Of a stretch of DNA of 64,000 bases, positions 1 to 12,200 are shown in pieces. Origin of the DNA: Eledone cirrhosa (Eukaryota); NCBI GenBank assembly GCA_964016885.1, contig OZ024741.1, positions 3,038,001 to 3,102,000 on the forward strand, in the 5' to 3' direction. The stretch's first letter is position 1. Every line of letters begins with the position of its first letter. The notes beneath the pieces are model-generated. The model made no database searches. It was not told the DNA's origin and was given only the letters and a program-made list of their open reading frames with translations. The position numbers and the translations under genes were made by a program.

Positions 1-2939
1 AGACATTCTACTGTCCAGTTCTCCTCACACTTTCTTCTTTGAAGACCTTCTACTGTCCAGCTCTCCTCACAGTTTCTTTTCTGAAGACCTACTGTCCAGC
101 TCTCCTCACAGTTTCTTTTCTGAAGACCTTCTGCTGCCCAGCACTACTCACAGTTTCTTCTCTGAACACCTTCTACTGTCCAGCTCTACTCACAGTTTCT
201 TCTCTGAAGTCCTTCTTCTGTCCAGCTCTCCTCACAGTTTCTTCTCTGAAGACCTTCTACTGTCCAGCTCTCCTCACAGTTTCTTCTCTGATGAGCTTCT
301 ACTGTTCAGCTCCCCTGACAGTTTATTCTCTGAATATCTTCTACTGTCCAGTTCTCCTCACACTTTCTTCTCTGAAGATCTTCTACTGTCCAGCTCTACT
401 CACATTTTCTACTCTGAAGACCTCCTGTTGTCCAGCTCTCCTCACAGATTCTTCTCTGAAGAGATTCTACTGTCCAGCTCTCCTCACAGTTTCTTCTCTG
501 AAGACCTTCTGCTGTCCAGCTCTCCTCACACTTTCTTCTCTGAAGACCTGCTGCTGTCCAGCTCTCCTCACAGTTTCTTCTCTGAAGATCTTCTACTGTC
601 CAGCTCTCCTCACAGTTTCTTCTGTGAAGACATTCTACTGTTCAGCTCTCCTGACAGTTTATTCTCTGAATATCTTCTACTGTCCAGTTCTCCTCACACT
701 TTCTTCTCTGAAGATCATCTACTGTCCAGCTCTCCTCACACTTTCTTCTCTGAAGATCTTCTACTGTCCAGCTCTACTCACATTTTCTACTCTGAAGACC
801 TCCTGTTGTCCAGCTCTCCTCACAGATTCTTCTCTGAAGAGCTTCTACTGTTCAGCTCCCCTGACAGTTTATTCTCTGAATATCTTCTACTGTCCAGTTC
901 TCCTCACGCTTTCTTCTCTGAAGATCTTCTACTGTCCAGCTCTCCTCACACTTTCTTCTCTGAAGACCTTCTGCTGTCCAGCTCTCCTCACATTTTCTTC
1001 TCTGAAGACCTTCTACTGTCCAGCTCTCCTCACAGTTTCTTCTCTGAAGTTCTACTAATGTCCAGCTCTCCTCTCATTTTCTACTCTGAAGACCTTCTGT
1101 TGTCCAGCTCTCCTCACAGATTCTTCTCTGAAGAGATTCTACTGTCCAGCTCTCCTCACAGTTTCTTCTCTGAAGACCTTCTGCTGTCCAGCTCTCCTCA
1201 CAGTTTCTTCTCTGAAGACCTTCTGCTGTCCAGCTCTCCTCACAGTTTCTTCTCTGAAGATCTTCTACTGTCCAGCTCTCCTCACAGTTTCTTCTGTGAA
1301 GACCTTCTACTATCTAGTTCTCCGGACAGTTTCTTCTCTGAAGACCTTCTACTCTCCAGCTCTTGTCACACTTTCTTCTCTGAAGACCTTCTACTGTCCA
1401 GCTCTCCTCATGATTTCTTCTCTGAAGACCTTCTACTGTCCAGCTCTCCTCACAGTTTCTTCTGTGAAGACATTCTACTGTCTAGCTCTCCTCATAATTT
1501 CTTCTCTGAAGACCTGCTGCTGTCCAGCTCTCCTCACAGTTTCTTCTCTGAAGTTCTACTAATGTCCAGCTCTCCTCACATTTTCTACTCTGATGACCTT
1601 CTGCTGTCCAGCTCTCCTCACACTTTCTTCTTTGAAAACCTTCTACTGTCCAGCTCTCCTCACAGTTTCTTCTCTGAAGACCTACTGTCCAGCTCTCCTA
1701 ACAGTTTCTTCTCTGATGTTCTACTACTGTCCAGCTCTCGTCACAGTTTCTTCTCTGAAGAGCTTCTACTGTTCAGCTCCCCTGACAGTTTATTCTCTGA
1801 AGATCTTCTATTGTCCAGTTCTCCTCACACTTTCTTCTCTGAAGATCTTCTACTCTCCAGCTCTCCTCACACTTTCTTCTCTGAAGACCTTCTGCTGTCC
1901 AGCTCTCCTCACATTTTCTTCTCTGAAGACATTCTACTGTCCAGCTCTCCTCACAGTTTGTTCTCTGAAGTTCTACTAATGTCCAGCTCTCCTCACATTT
2001 TCTACTCTGATGACCTTCTGTTGTCCAGCTCTCCTCACAGATTCTTCTCTGAAGAGATTCTACTGTCCAGCTCTCCTCACAGTTTCTTCTCTGAAGACAT
2101 TCTACTGTCCAGCTCTCCTCACAGTTTCTTCTCTGAAGTTCTACTAATGTCCAGCTCTCCTCACATTTTCTACTCTGATGACCTTCTGTTGTCCAGCTCT
2201 CCTCACAGATTCTTCTCTGAAGACCTTCTACTGTCCAGCTCTCCTCACACTTTCTTCTCTGAAGTCCTGCTGCTGTCCAGCTCGCCTCACAGTTTCTTCT
2301 CTGAAGATCTTCTACTGTCCAGCTCTCCTCAGTTTCTTCTGTGAAGACATTCTACTGTCCAGCTCTCCTCATAATTTATTCTCTGAAGACCTTCTGCTGT
2401 CCAGCTCTCCTCACAGTTTCTTCTCTGAAGACCTTCTACTGTCCAGCTCTCCTCACAGTTTCTTCTCTGAATACCTTCTGTTGTCCAGCTCTCCTCACAG
2501 TTTCTTCTCTGAAGACCTTCTACTGTCCAGCTCTCGTCATCATTTCTTCTCTGCAGACCTTCTACTGTCCAGCTCTCCTCACAGTTTCTTCTCTGTAGAT
2601 TTTCGACTGTCCAGTTCCCCTCACACTTTCTTCTCTGAAGATCTTCTACTGTCCAGCTCTCCTCACACTTTCTTCTCTGAAGACCTTCTGCTGTCCAGCT
2701 CTCCTCACATTTTCTTCTCTGAAGACCTTCTACTGTCCAGCTCTCCTCACAGTTTCTTCTCTGAAGTTCTACTAATGTCCAGCTCTCCTCACAGTTTCTT
2801 CTCTGAAGACCTTCTACTGTCCAGCTCTCCTCACATTTTCTACTCTGAAGACCTTCTGTTGTCCATCTCTCCTCACAGATTCTTCTCTGAAGAGATTCTA
2901 CTGTCCAGCTCTCCTCACAGTTTCTTCTCTGAAGACCTT

Positions 2940-5120
2940 CTGTTGTCCAGCTCTCCTCACAGATTCTTCTCTGAAGAGATTCTACTGTCCAGCTCTCCTC
3001 ACAGTTTCTTCTCTGCAGACCTTCTACTGTCCAGCTCTCCTCACAGTTTCTTTTCTGAAGACATTCTACTGTCCAGTTCTCCTCACAGTTTCTTCTTTGA
3101 ATACCTTCTACTGTCCAGCTCTCCTCACGGTTTCTTTTCTGAAGACCTACTGTCCAGCTCTCCTCACAGTTTCTTTTCTGAAGACCTTCTGCTGCCCAGC
3201 ACTCCTCACAGTTTCTTCTCTGAACACCTTCTACTGTCCAGCTCTCCTCACAGTTTCTTCTCTGAAGTCCTTCTTCTGTCCAGCTCTCCTCACAGTTTCT
3301 TCTCTGAAGACATTCTACTGTCCAGCTCTCCTCACAGTTTCTTCTCTGAAGTTCTACTAATGTCCAGCTCTCCTCACATTTTCTACTCTGATGACCTTCT
3401 GTTGTCCAGCTCTCCTCACAGATTCTTCTCTGAAGAGATTCTACTGTCCAGCTCTCCTCACACTTTCTTCTCTGAAGTCCTGCTGCTGTCCAGCTCTCCT
3501 CACAGTTTCTTCTCTGAAGATCTTCTACTGTCCAGCTCTCCTCAATTTCTTCTGTGAAGACATTCTACTGTCCATCTGTCCTCATAATTTATTCTCTGAA
3601 GACCTTCTGCTGTCCAGCTCTCCTCACAGTTTCTTCTCTGAAGACCTTCTACTGTCCAGCTCTCCTCATAATTTCTTCTCTGAAGACCTTCTGCTGTCCA
3701 GCTCTCCTCACAGTTTCTTCTCTGAAGACCTTCTACTGTCTAGCTCTCCAGACACTTTCTTCTCTTAAGACCTTCTACTCTCCATCTCTCCTCACAGTTT
3801 CTTCTCTGAAGACCTTCTACTGTCCAGCTCTCCTCACAGTTTCTTCTCTGAAGACCTTCTACTGTCCAGCTCTCCTCACAGTTTCGTCTCTGAAGAGATT
3901 CTACTGTCCAGTTCTCCTCACAGTTTCTTCTCTGAAGACCTCCTGCTGACCAGCTCTCCTCACAGTTTCTTCTCTGAAGTCCTTTTACTGTTCATCTCTC
4001 CTCACAGTTTCTTGTCTGAAGGCCTTCTGCTGTATAGCTCTCCTCACACTTTCTTCTCTGAAGACCTTCTACTGTACAGCTCTCCTCACAGTTTCTTCTC
4101 TGAAGACCTTCTACACTCCAGCTCCCCTCATCATTTCTTCTCTGAAGACCTTCTACTGTCCAGCTCTCCTCACAGTTTCTTCTCTGAAGAGCTTCTACTG
4201 TTCAGCTCCCCTGACAGTTTATTTTCTGAAGATCTTCTACTGTCCAGTTCTCCTCACACTTTCTTCTTTGAAGATCTTCTACTGTCCAGCTCTCCTCACA
4301 CTTTCTTCTCTGAAGACCTTCTGCTGTCCAGCTCTCCTCACAGTTTCTTCTCTGAAGTTCTACTAATGTCCGCTCTCCTCACATTTTCTACTCTGAAGAC
4401 CTTCTGTTGTCCAGCTCTCCTCACAGATTCTTCTCTGAAGAGATTCTACTGTCCAGCTCTCCTCACAGTTTCTTCTCTGCAGACCTTCTACTGTCCAGCT
4501 CTCCTCACAGTTTCTTTTCTGAAGACATTCTACTGTCCAGTTCTCCTCACACTTTCTTCTTTGAATACCTTCTACTGTCCAGCTCTCCTCACAGTTTCTT
4601 TTCTGAAGACCTACTGTCCAGCTCTCCTCACAGTTTCTTTTCTGAAGACCTTCTGCTGCCCAGCACTCCTCACAGTTTCTTCTCTGAACACCTTCTACTG
4701 TCCAGCTCTCCTCACAGTTTCTTCTCTGAAGTCCTTCTTCTGTCCAGCTCTCCTCACAGTTTCTTCTCTGAAGACATTCTACTGTCCAGCTCTCCTCACA
4801 GTTTCTTCTCTGAAGTTCTACTAATGTCCAGCTCTCCTCACATTTTCTACTCTGATGACCTTCTGTTGTCCAGCTCTCCTCACAGATTCTTCTCTGAAGA
4901 GATTCTACTGTCCAGCTCTCCTCACACTTTCTTCTCTGAAGTCCTGCTGCTGTCCAGCTCTCCTCACAGTTTCTTCTCTGAAGATCTTCTACTGTCCAGC
5001 TCTCCTCAGTTTCTTCTGTGAAGACATTCTACTGTCCATCTGTCCTCATAATTTATTCTCTGAAGACCTTCTGCTGTCCAGCTCTCCTCACAGTTTCTTC
5101 TCTGAAGACCTTCTACTGTC
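2940..5120. repeat. Local duplication, offset 1464 bp (~2940-3660 vs ~4400-5120)
   Basis: Same ordered variants (gcagac, tttgaatac, 39-mer, gcccagcac, gaacac, gatgac, 2-bp deletion, tccatctgtcc). ORFs 3391/4855 and 3554/5018 differ by 1464 = 35x42-6, matching the -3, -2 and -1 indels in between. Confidence 0.85.
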
Positions 5121-8100
5121 CAGCTCTCCTCACAGTTTCTTCTCTGAATACCTTCTGTTGTCCAGCTCTCCTCACAGTTTCTTCTCTGAAGACCTTCTAC
5201 TGTCCAGCTCTCGTCATCATTTCTTCTCTGCAGACCTTCTACTGTCCAGCTCTCCTCATAGTTTCTTCTCTGTAGATTTTCGACTGTCCAGTTCTCCTCA
5301 CACTTTCTTCTCTGAAGACCTTCTACTGTCCAGCTCTCCTCACAGTTTCTTCTCTGAAGACCTTCTACTGTCCAGCTCTCCTCACAGTTTCTTTTCTGAA
5401 GCCCTTCTACTGTCCAGCTCTCCTCACAGTTTCTTTTCTGAAGACCTTCTACTGTCCAGTTCTCCTCACACTTTCTTCTTTGAAGACCTTCTACTGTCCA
5501 GCTCTCCTCTCAGTTTCTTCTCTGAAGACCTACTGTCCAGCTCTCATCACAGTTTCTTTTCTGAAGACCTTCTGCTGCCCAGCACTCCTCACAATTTCTT
5601 CTCTGAACACCTTCTACTGTCCAGCTCTCCTCACAGTTTCTTCTCTGAAGTCCTTCTTCTGTCCAGCTCTCCTCATGATTTCTTCTCTGAAGACATTCTA
5701 CTGTCCAGCTCTCCTCACAGTTTCTTCTCTGAAGACCTTCTACTGTCCAGCTCTCCTCACACATTCTTCTCTGAAGACCTGCTGCTGTCCAGCTCTCCTC
5801 ACAGTTTCTTCTCTGAAGATCTTCTACTGTCCAGCTCTCCTAACAGTTTCTTCTGTGAAGACATTCTACTGTCCAGCTCTCCTCACAGTTTCTTCTCTGA
5901 AGACCTTCTACTGTCTAGCTCTCCGGACAGTTTCTTCTCTGAAGACCTTCTACTCTCACGCTCTCGTAACAGTTTCTTCCCTGAAGACCTTCTACTGTCC
6001 AGCTCTCCTCACAGTTTCTTCTCTGAAGATCTTCTACTGTCCAGCTCTCCTCACAGTTTCTTTTCTGAAGACATTCTACTGTCCAGTTCTCCTCACACTT
6101 TCTTCTTTGAAGACCTTCTACTGTCCAGCTCTCCTCACAGTTTCTTTTCTGAAGACCTACTGTCCAGCTCTCCTCACAGTTTCTTTTCTGAAGACCTTCT
6201 GCTGCCCAGCACTCCTCACAGTTTCTTCTCTGAACACCTTCTACTGTCCAGCTCTCCTCACAGTTTCTTCTCTGAAGTCCTTCTTCTGTCCAGCTCTCCT
6301 CACAGTTTCTTCTCTGAAGACCTTCTACTGTCCAGCTCTCCTCACAGTTTCTTCTCTGAAGAGCTTCTACTGTTCAACTCCCCTGACAGTTTATTCTCTG
6401 AATATCTTCTACTGTCCAGTTCTCCTCACACTTTCTTCTCTGAAGATCTTCTACTGTCCAGCTCTCCTCACACTTTCTTCTCTGAAGACCTTCTGCTGTC
6501 CAGCTCTCCTCACATTTTCTACTCTGAAGACCTTCTGTTGTCCAGCTCTCCTCACAGATTCTTCTCTGAAGAGATTCTACTGTCCAGCTCTCCTCACAAT
6601 TTCTTCTCTGAAGACCTTCTGTTGTCCAGCTCTCCTCACAGATTCTTCTCTGAAGAGATTCTACTGTCCAGCTCTCCTCACAGTTTCTTCTCTGCAGACC
6701 TTCTACTGTCCAGCTCTCCTCACAGTTTCTTTGCTGAAGACATTCTACTGTCCATTTCTCCTCACACTTTCTTCTTTGAATACCTTCTACTGTCCAGCTC
6801 TCCTCACAGTTTCTTTTCTGAAGACCTACTGTCCAGCTCTCCTCACAGTTTCTTTTCTGAAGACCTTCTGCTGCCCAGCACTCCTCACAGTTTCTTCTCT
6901 GAACACCTTCTACTGTCCAGCTCTCCTCACAGTTTCTTCTCTGAAGTCCTTCTTCTGTCCAGCTCTCCTCACAGTTTCTTCTCTGAAGACATTCTACTGT
7001 CCAGCTCTCCTCACAGTTTCTTCTCTGAAGTTCTACTACTGTCCAGCTCTCCTCACATTTTCTACTCTGATGACCTTCTGTTGTCCAGCTCTCCTCACAG
7101 ATTCTTCTCTGAAGAGATTCTACTGTCCAGCTCTCCTCACACTTTCTTCTCTGAAGTCCTGCTGCTGTCCAGCTCTCCTCACAGTTTCTTCTCTGAAGAT
7201 CTTCTACTGTCCAGCTCTCCTCAGTTTCTTCTGTGAAGACATTCTACTGTCCATCTGTCCTCATAATTTATTCTCTGAAGACCTTCTGCTGTCCAGCTCT
7301 CCTCACAGTTTCTTCTCTGAAGACCTTCTACTGTCCAGCTCTCCTCACAGTTTCTTCTCTGAATACCTTCTGTTGTCCAGCTCTCCTCACAGTTTCTTCT
7401 CTGAAGACCTTCTACTGTCCAGCTCTCGTCATCATTTCTTCTCTGCAGACCTTCTACTGTCCAGCTCTCCTCACAGTTTCTTCTCTGTAGATTTTCGACT
7501 GTCCAGTTCTCCTCACACTTTCTTCTCTGAAGACCTTCTACTGTCCAGCTCTCCTCACAGTTTCTTCTCTGAAGACCTTCTACTGTCCAGCTCTCCTCAC
7601 AGTTTCTTTTCTGAAGCTCTTCTACTGTCCAGCTCTCCTCACAGTTTCTTTTCTGAAGACCTTCTACTGTCCAGTTCTCCTCACACTTTCTTCTTTGAAG
7701 ACCTTCTACTGTCCAGCTCTCCTCTCAGTTTCTTCTCTGAAGACCTACTGTCCAGCTCTCCTCACAGTTTCTTTTCTGAAGACCTTCTGCTGCCCAGCAC
7801 TCCTCACAATTTCTTCTCTGAACACCTTCTACTGTCCAGCTCTCCTCACAGTTTCTTCTCTGAAGTCCTTCTTCTGTCCAGCTCTCCTCATGATTTCTTC
7901 TCTAAAGACATTCTACTGTCCAGCTCTCCTCACAGTTTCTTCTCTGAAGACCTTCTACTGTCCAGCTCTCCTCACACTTTCTTCTCTGAAGACCTGCTGC
8001 TGTCCAGCTCTCCTCACAGTTTCTTCTCTGAAGATCTTCTACTGTCCAGCTCTCCTAACAGTTTCTTCTGTGAAGACATTCTACTGTCCAGCTCTCCTCA

Positions 8101-11100
8101 CAGTTTCTTCTCTGAAGACCTTCTACTGTCTAGCTCTCCGGACAGTTTCTTCTCTGAAGACCTTCTACTCTCACGCTCTCGTAACAGTTTCTTCCCTGAA
8201 GACCTTCTACTGTCCAGCTCTCCTCATGATTTCTTCTCTGAAGACCTTCTACTGTCCAGCTCTCCTCACAGTTTCTTTTCTGAAGACCTACTGTCCAGCT
8301 CTCCTCACAGTTTCTTTTCTGAAGACCTTCTGCTGCCCAGCACTCCTCACAGTTTCTTCTCTGAACACCTTCTACTGTCCAGCTCTCCTCACAGTTTCTT
8401 CTCTGAAGTCCTTCTACTGTCCAGCTCTCCTCACAGTTTCTTCTCTGAAGAGCTTCTACTGTTCAACTCCCCTGACAGTTTATTCTCTGAATATCTTCTA
8501 CTGTCCAGTTCTCCACACACTTTCTTCTCTGAAGATCTTCTACTGTCCAGCTCTCCTCACACTTTCTTCTCTGAAGACCTTCTGCTGTCCAGCTCTCCTC
8601 ACATTTTCTTCTCTGAAGACCTTCTACTGTCCAGCTCTCCTCACAGTTTCTTCTCTGAAGTTCTACTAATGTCCAGCTCTCCTCACATTTTCTACTCTGA
8701 AGACCTTCTGTTGTCCAGCTCTCCTCACAGATTCTTCTCTGAAGAGATTCTACTGTCCAGCTCTCCTCACAGTTTCTTCTCTGAAGACCTTCTGCTGTCC
8801 AGCTCTCCTCACAGTTTCTTCTCTGAAGATCTTCTACTGTCCAGCTCTCCTCACAGTTTCTTCTGTGAAGACATTCTACTGTCCAGCTCTCCTCATAATT
8901 TCTTCTCTGAAGACCTTCTGCTGTCCAGCTCTCCTCACAATTTCTTCTCTGAAGACCTTCTACTGTCTAGTTCTCCGGGCAGTTTCTTCTCTGAAGACCT
9001 TCTACTCTCCAGCTCTTGTCACACTTTCTTCTCTGAAGACCTTCTACTGTCCAGCTCTCCTCACAGTTTCTTCTGTGAAGACATTCTACTGTCTAGCTCT
9101 CCTCATAATTTCTTCTCTGAAGACCTGCTGCTGTCCAGCTCTCCTCACACTTTCTTCTTTGAAAACCTTCTACTGTCCAGCTCTCCTCACAGTTTCTTCT
9201 CTGAAGACCTACTGTCCAGCTCTCCTAACAGTTTCTTCTCTGATGTTCTACTACTGTTCAGCTCTCCTCATAGTTTCTTCTCTGAAGACCTTCTACTGTC
9301 CAACTCTCCTCACAGTTTCTTCTCTGAAGAGCTTCTACTGTTCAGCTCCCCTGACAGTTTATTCTCTGAAGATCTTCTACTGCCCAGTTCTCCTCACACT
9401 TTCTTCTCTGAAGATCTTCTACTCTCCAGCTCTCCTCACACTTTCTTCTCTGAAGACCTTCTGCTGTCCAGCTCTCCTCACATTTTCTTCTCTGAAGACA
9501 TTCTACTGTCCAGCTCTCCTCACAGATTCTTCTCTGAAGTTCTACTAATGTCCAGCTCTCCTCACATTTTCTACTCTGATGACCTTCTGTTGTCCAGCTC
9601 TCCTCACAGATTCTTCTCTGAAGAGATTCTACTGTCCAGCTCTCCTCACAGTTTCTTCTCTGAAGACATTCTACTGTCCAGCTCTCCTCACAGTTTCTTC
9701 TCTGAAGTTCTACTAATGTCCAGCTCTCCTCACATTTTCTACTCTGATGACCTTCTGTTGTCCAGCTCTCCTCACAGATTCTTCTCTGAAGAGATACTAC
9801 TGTCCAGCTCTCCTCACACTTTCTTCTCTGAAGTCCTGCTGCTGTCCAGCTCTCCTCACAGTTTCTTCTCTGAAGATCTTCTACTGTCCAGCTCTCCTCA
9901 GTTTCTTCTGTGAAGCCATTCTACTGTCCAGCTCTCCTCATAATTTTTTCTCTGAAGACCTTCTGCTGTCCAGGTCTCCTCACAGTTTCTTCTCTGAAGA
10001 CCTTCTACTGTCCAGCTCTCGTCATCATTTCTTCTCTGCAGACCTTCTACTGTCCAGCTCTCCTCACAGTTTCTTCTCTGTAGATTTTCGACTGTCCAGT
10101 TCTCCTCACACTTTCTTCTCTGAAGACCTTCTACTGTCCAGCTCTCCTCACAGTTTCTTCTCTGAAGACCTTCTACTGTCCAGCTCTCCTCACAGTTTCT
10201 TTTCTGAAGCCACTCTACTGTCCAGCTCTCCTCACAGTTTCTTTTCTGAAGACCTTCTACTGTCCAGTTCTCCTCACACTTTCTTCTTTGAAGACCTTCT
10301 ACTGTCCAGCTCTCCTCTCAGTTTCTTCTCTGAAGACCTACTGTCCAGCTCTCCTCACAGTTTCTTTTCTGAAGACCTTCTGCTGCCCAGCACTCCTCAC
10401 AATTTCTTCTCTGAACACCTTCTACTGTCCAGCTCTCCTCACAGTTTCTTCTCTGAAGTCCTTCTTCTGTCCAGCTCTCGTCATCATTTCTTCTCTGCAG
10501 ACCTTCTACTGTCCAGCTCTCCTCACAGTTTCTTCTCTGTAGATTTTCGACTGTCCAGCTCTCCTCACAGTTTCTTCTCTGAAGACCTTCTACTGTCCAG
10601 CTCTCCTCACAGTTTCTTCTCTGAAGACCTTCTACTGTCCAGCTCTCCTCACAGTTTCTTTTCTGAAGCCCTTCTACTGTCCAGCTCTCCTCACAGTTTC
10701 TTTTCTGAAGACCTTCTACTGTCCAGTTCTCCTCACACTTTCTTCTTTGAAGACCTTCTACTGTCCAGACCTCCTCTTAGTTTCTTCTCTGAAGACCTAC
10801 TGTCCAGCTCTCCTTACAGTTTCTTTTCTGAAGACCTTCTGCTGCCCAGCACTCCTCACAGTTTCTTCTCTGAACACCTTCTACTGTCCAGCTCTCCTCA
10901 CAGTTTCTTCTCTGTAGACCTTCTACTGTCCAGCTCTCCTCACAGTTTCTTCTCTGAAGAGCTTCTACTGTTCAGCTCCCCTCACAGTTTATTCTCTGTA
11001 GATCTTCTACTGTCCAGTTCTCCTCACACTTTCTTCTCTGAAGATCTTCTACTGTCCAGCGCTCCTCACACTTTCTTCTCTGAAGATCTTCTGCTGTCCA

Positions 11101-12200
11101 GCTCTCCTCACATTTTCTTCTCTGAAGACCTTCTACTGTCCAGCTCTCCTCACAATTTCTTCTCTGAAGTTCTACTACTGTCCAGCTCTCCTCACATTTT
11201 CTGCTCTGAAGACCTTCTGTTGTCCAGCTCTCCTCACAGATTCTTCTCTGGAGACATTCTACTGTCCAGCTCTCCTCACAGTTTCTCCTCTGAAGACCTT
11301 CTCCTGTCCAGCTCTCCTCACACTTTCTTCTCTGAAGACCTACTGCTGTCCAGCTCTCCTCACAGTTTCTTCTGTGAAGACCTTCTACTGTCCAGCTCTC
11401 CTCATAATTTCTTCTCTGAAGACCTTCTGCTGTCCAGCTCTCCTCACAGTTTCTTCTCTGAAGACCTTCTACTGTCTAGCTCTCCAGACACTTTCTTCTC
11501 TTAAGACCTTCTACTCTCCATCTCTCCTCACAGTTTCTTCTCTGAAGACCTTCTACTGTCCAGCTCTCCTCACAGTTTCTTCTCTGAAGACCTTCTACTG
11601 TCCAGCTCTCCTCACAGTTTCGTCTCTGAAGAGATTCTACTGTCCAGTTCTCCTCACAGTTTCTTCTCTGAAGACCTCCTGCTGACCAGCTCTCCTCACA
11701 GTTTCTTCTCTGAAGTCCTTTTACTGTTCATCTCTCCTCACAGTTTCTTGTCTGAAGGCCTTCTGCTGTATAGCTCTCCTCACACTTTCTTCTCTGAAGA
11801 CCTTCTACTGTACAGCTCTCCTCACAGTTTCTTCTCTGAAGACCTTCTACACTCCAGCTCCCCTCATCATTTCTTCTCTGAAGACCTTCTACTGTCCAGC
11901 TCTCCTCACAGTTTCTTCTCTGAAGAGCTTCTACTGTTCAGCTCCCCTGACAGTTTATTTTCTGAAGATCTTCTACTGTCCAGTTCTCCTCACACTTTCT
12001 TCTTTGAAGATCTTCTACTGTCCAGCTCTCCTCACACTTTCTTCTCTGAAGACCTTCTGCTGTCCAGCTCTCCTCACAGTTTCTTCTCTGAAGTTCTACT
12101 AATGTCCGCTCTCCTCACATTTTCTACTCTGAAGACCTTCTGTTGTCCAGCTCTCCTCACAGATTCTTCTCTGAAGAGATTCTACTGTCCAGCTCTCCTC
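3660..12200. repeat. Long-range duplicated block, offset 7736 bp (~3660-4460 vs ~11396-12200)
   Basis: ORFs 4012 and 11748 begin identically for >140 aa. Shared private variants include gaaggcc, ctacactcc and the 1-bp deletion aatgtccgctc at ~4370 and ~12106. Confidence 0.9.
4400..8220. repeat. Local duplication, offset 2215 bp (~4400-6005 vs ~6615-8220)
   Basis: ORFs 5018/7233 and 5480/7695 are offset by 2215 = 53x42-11 (three 39-mers plus one 40-mer). The private variant ctctcacgctctcgtaac...ttccctgaa occurs at ~5954 and ~8169. Confidence 0.9.
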
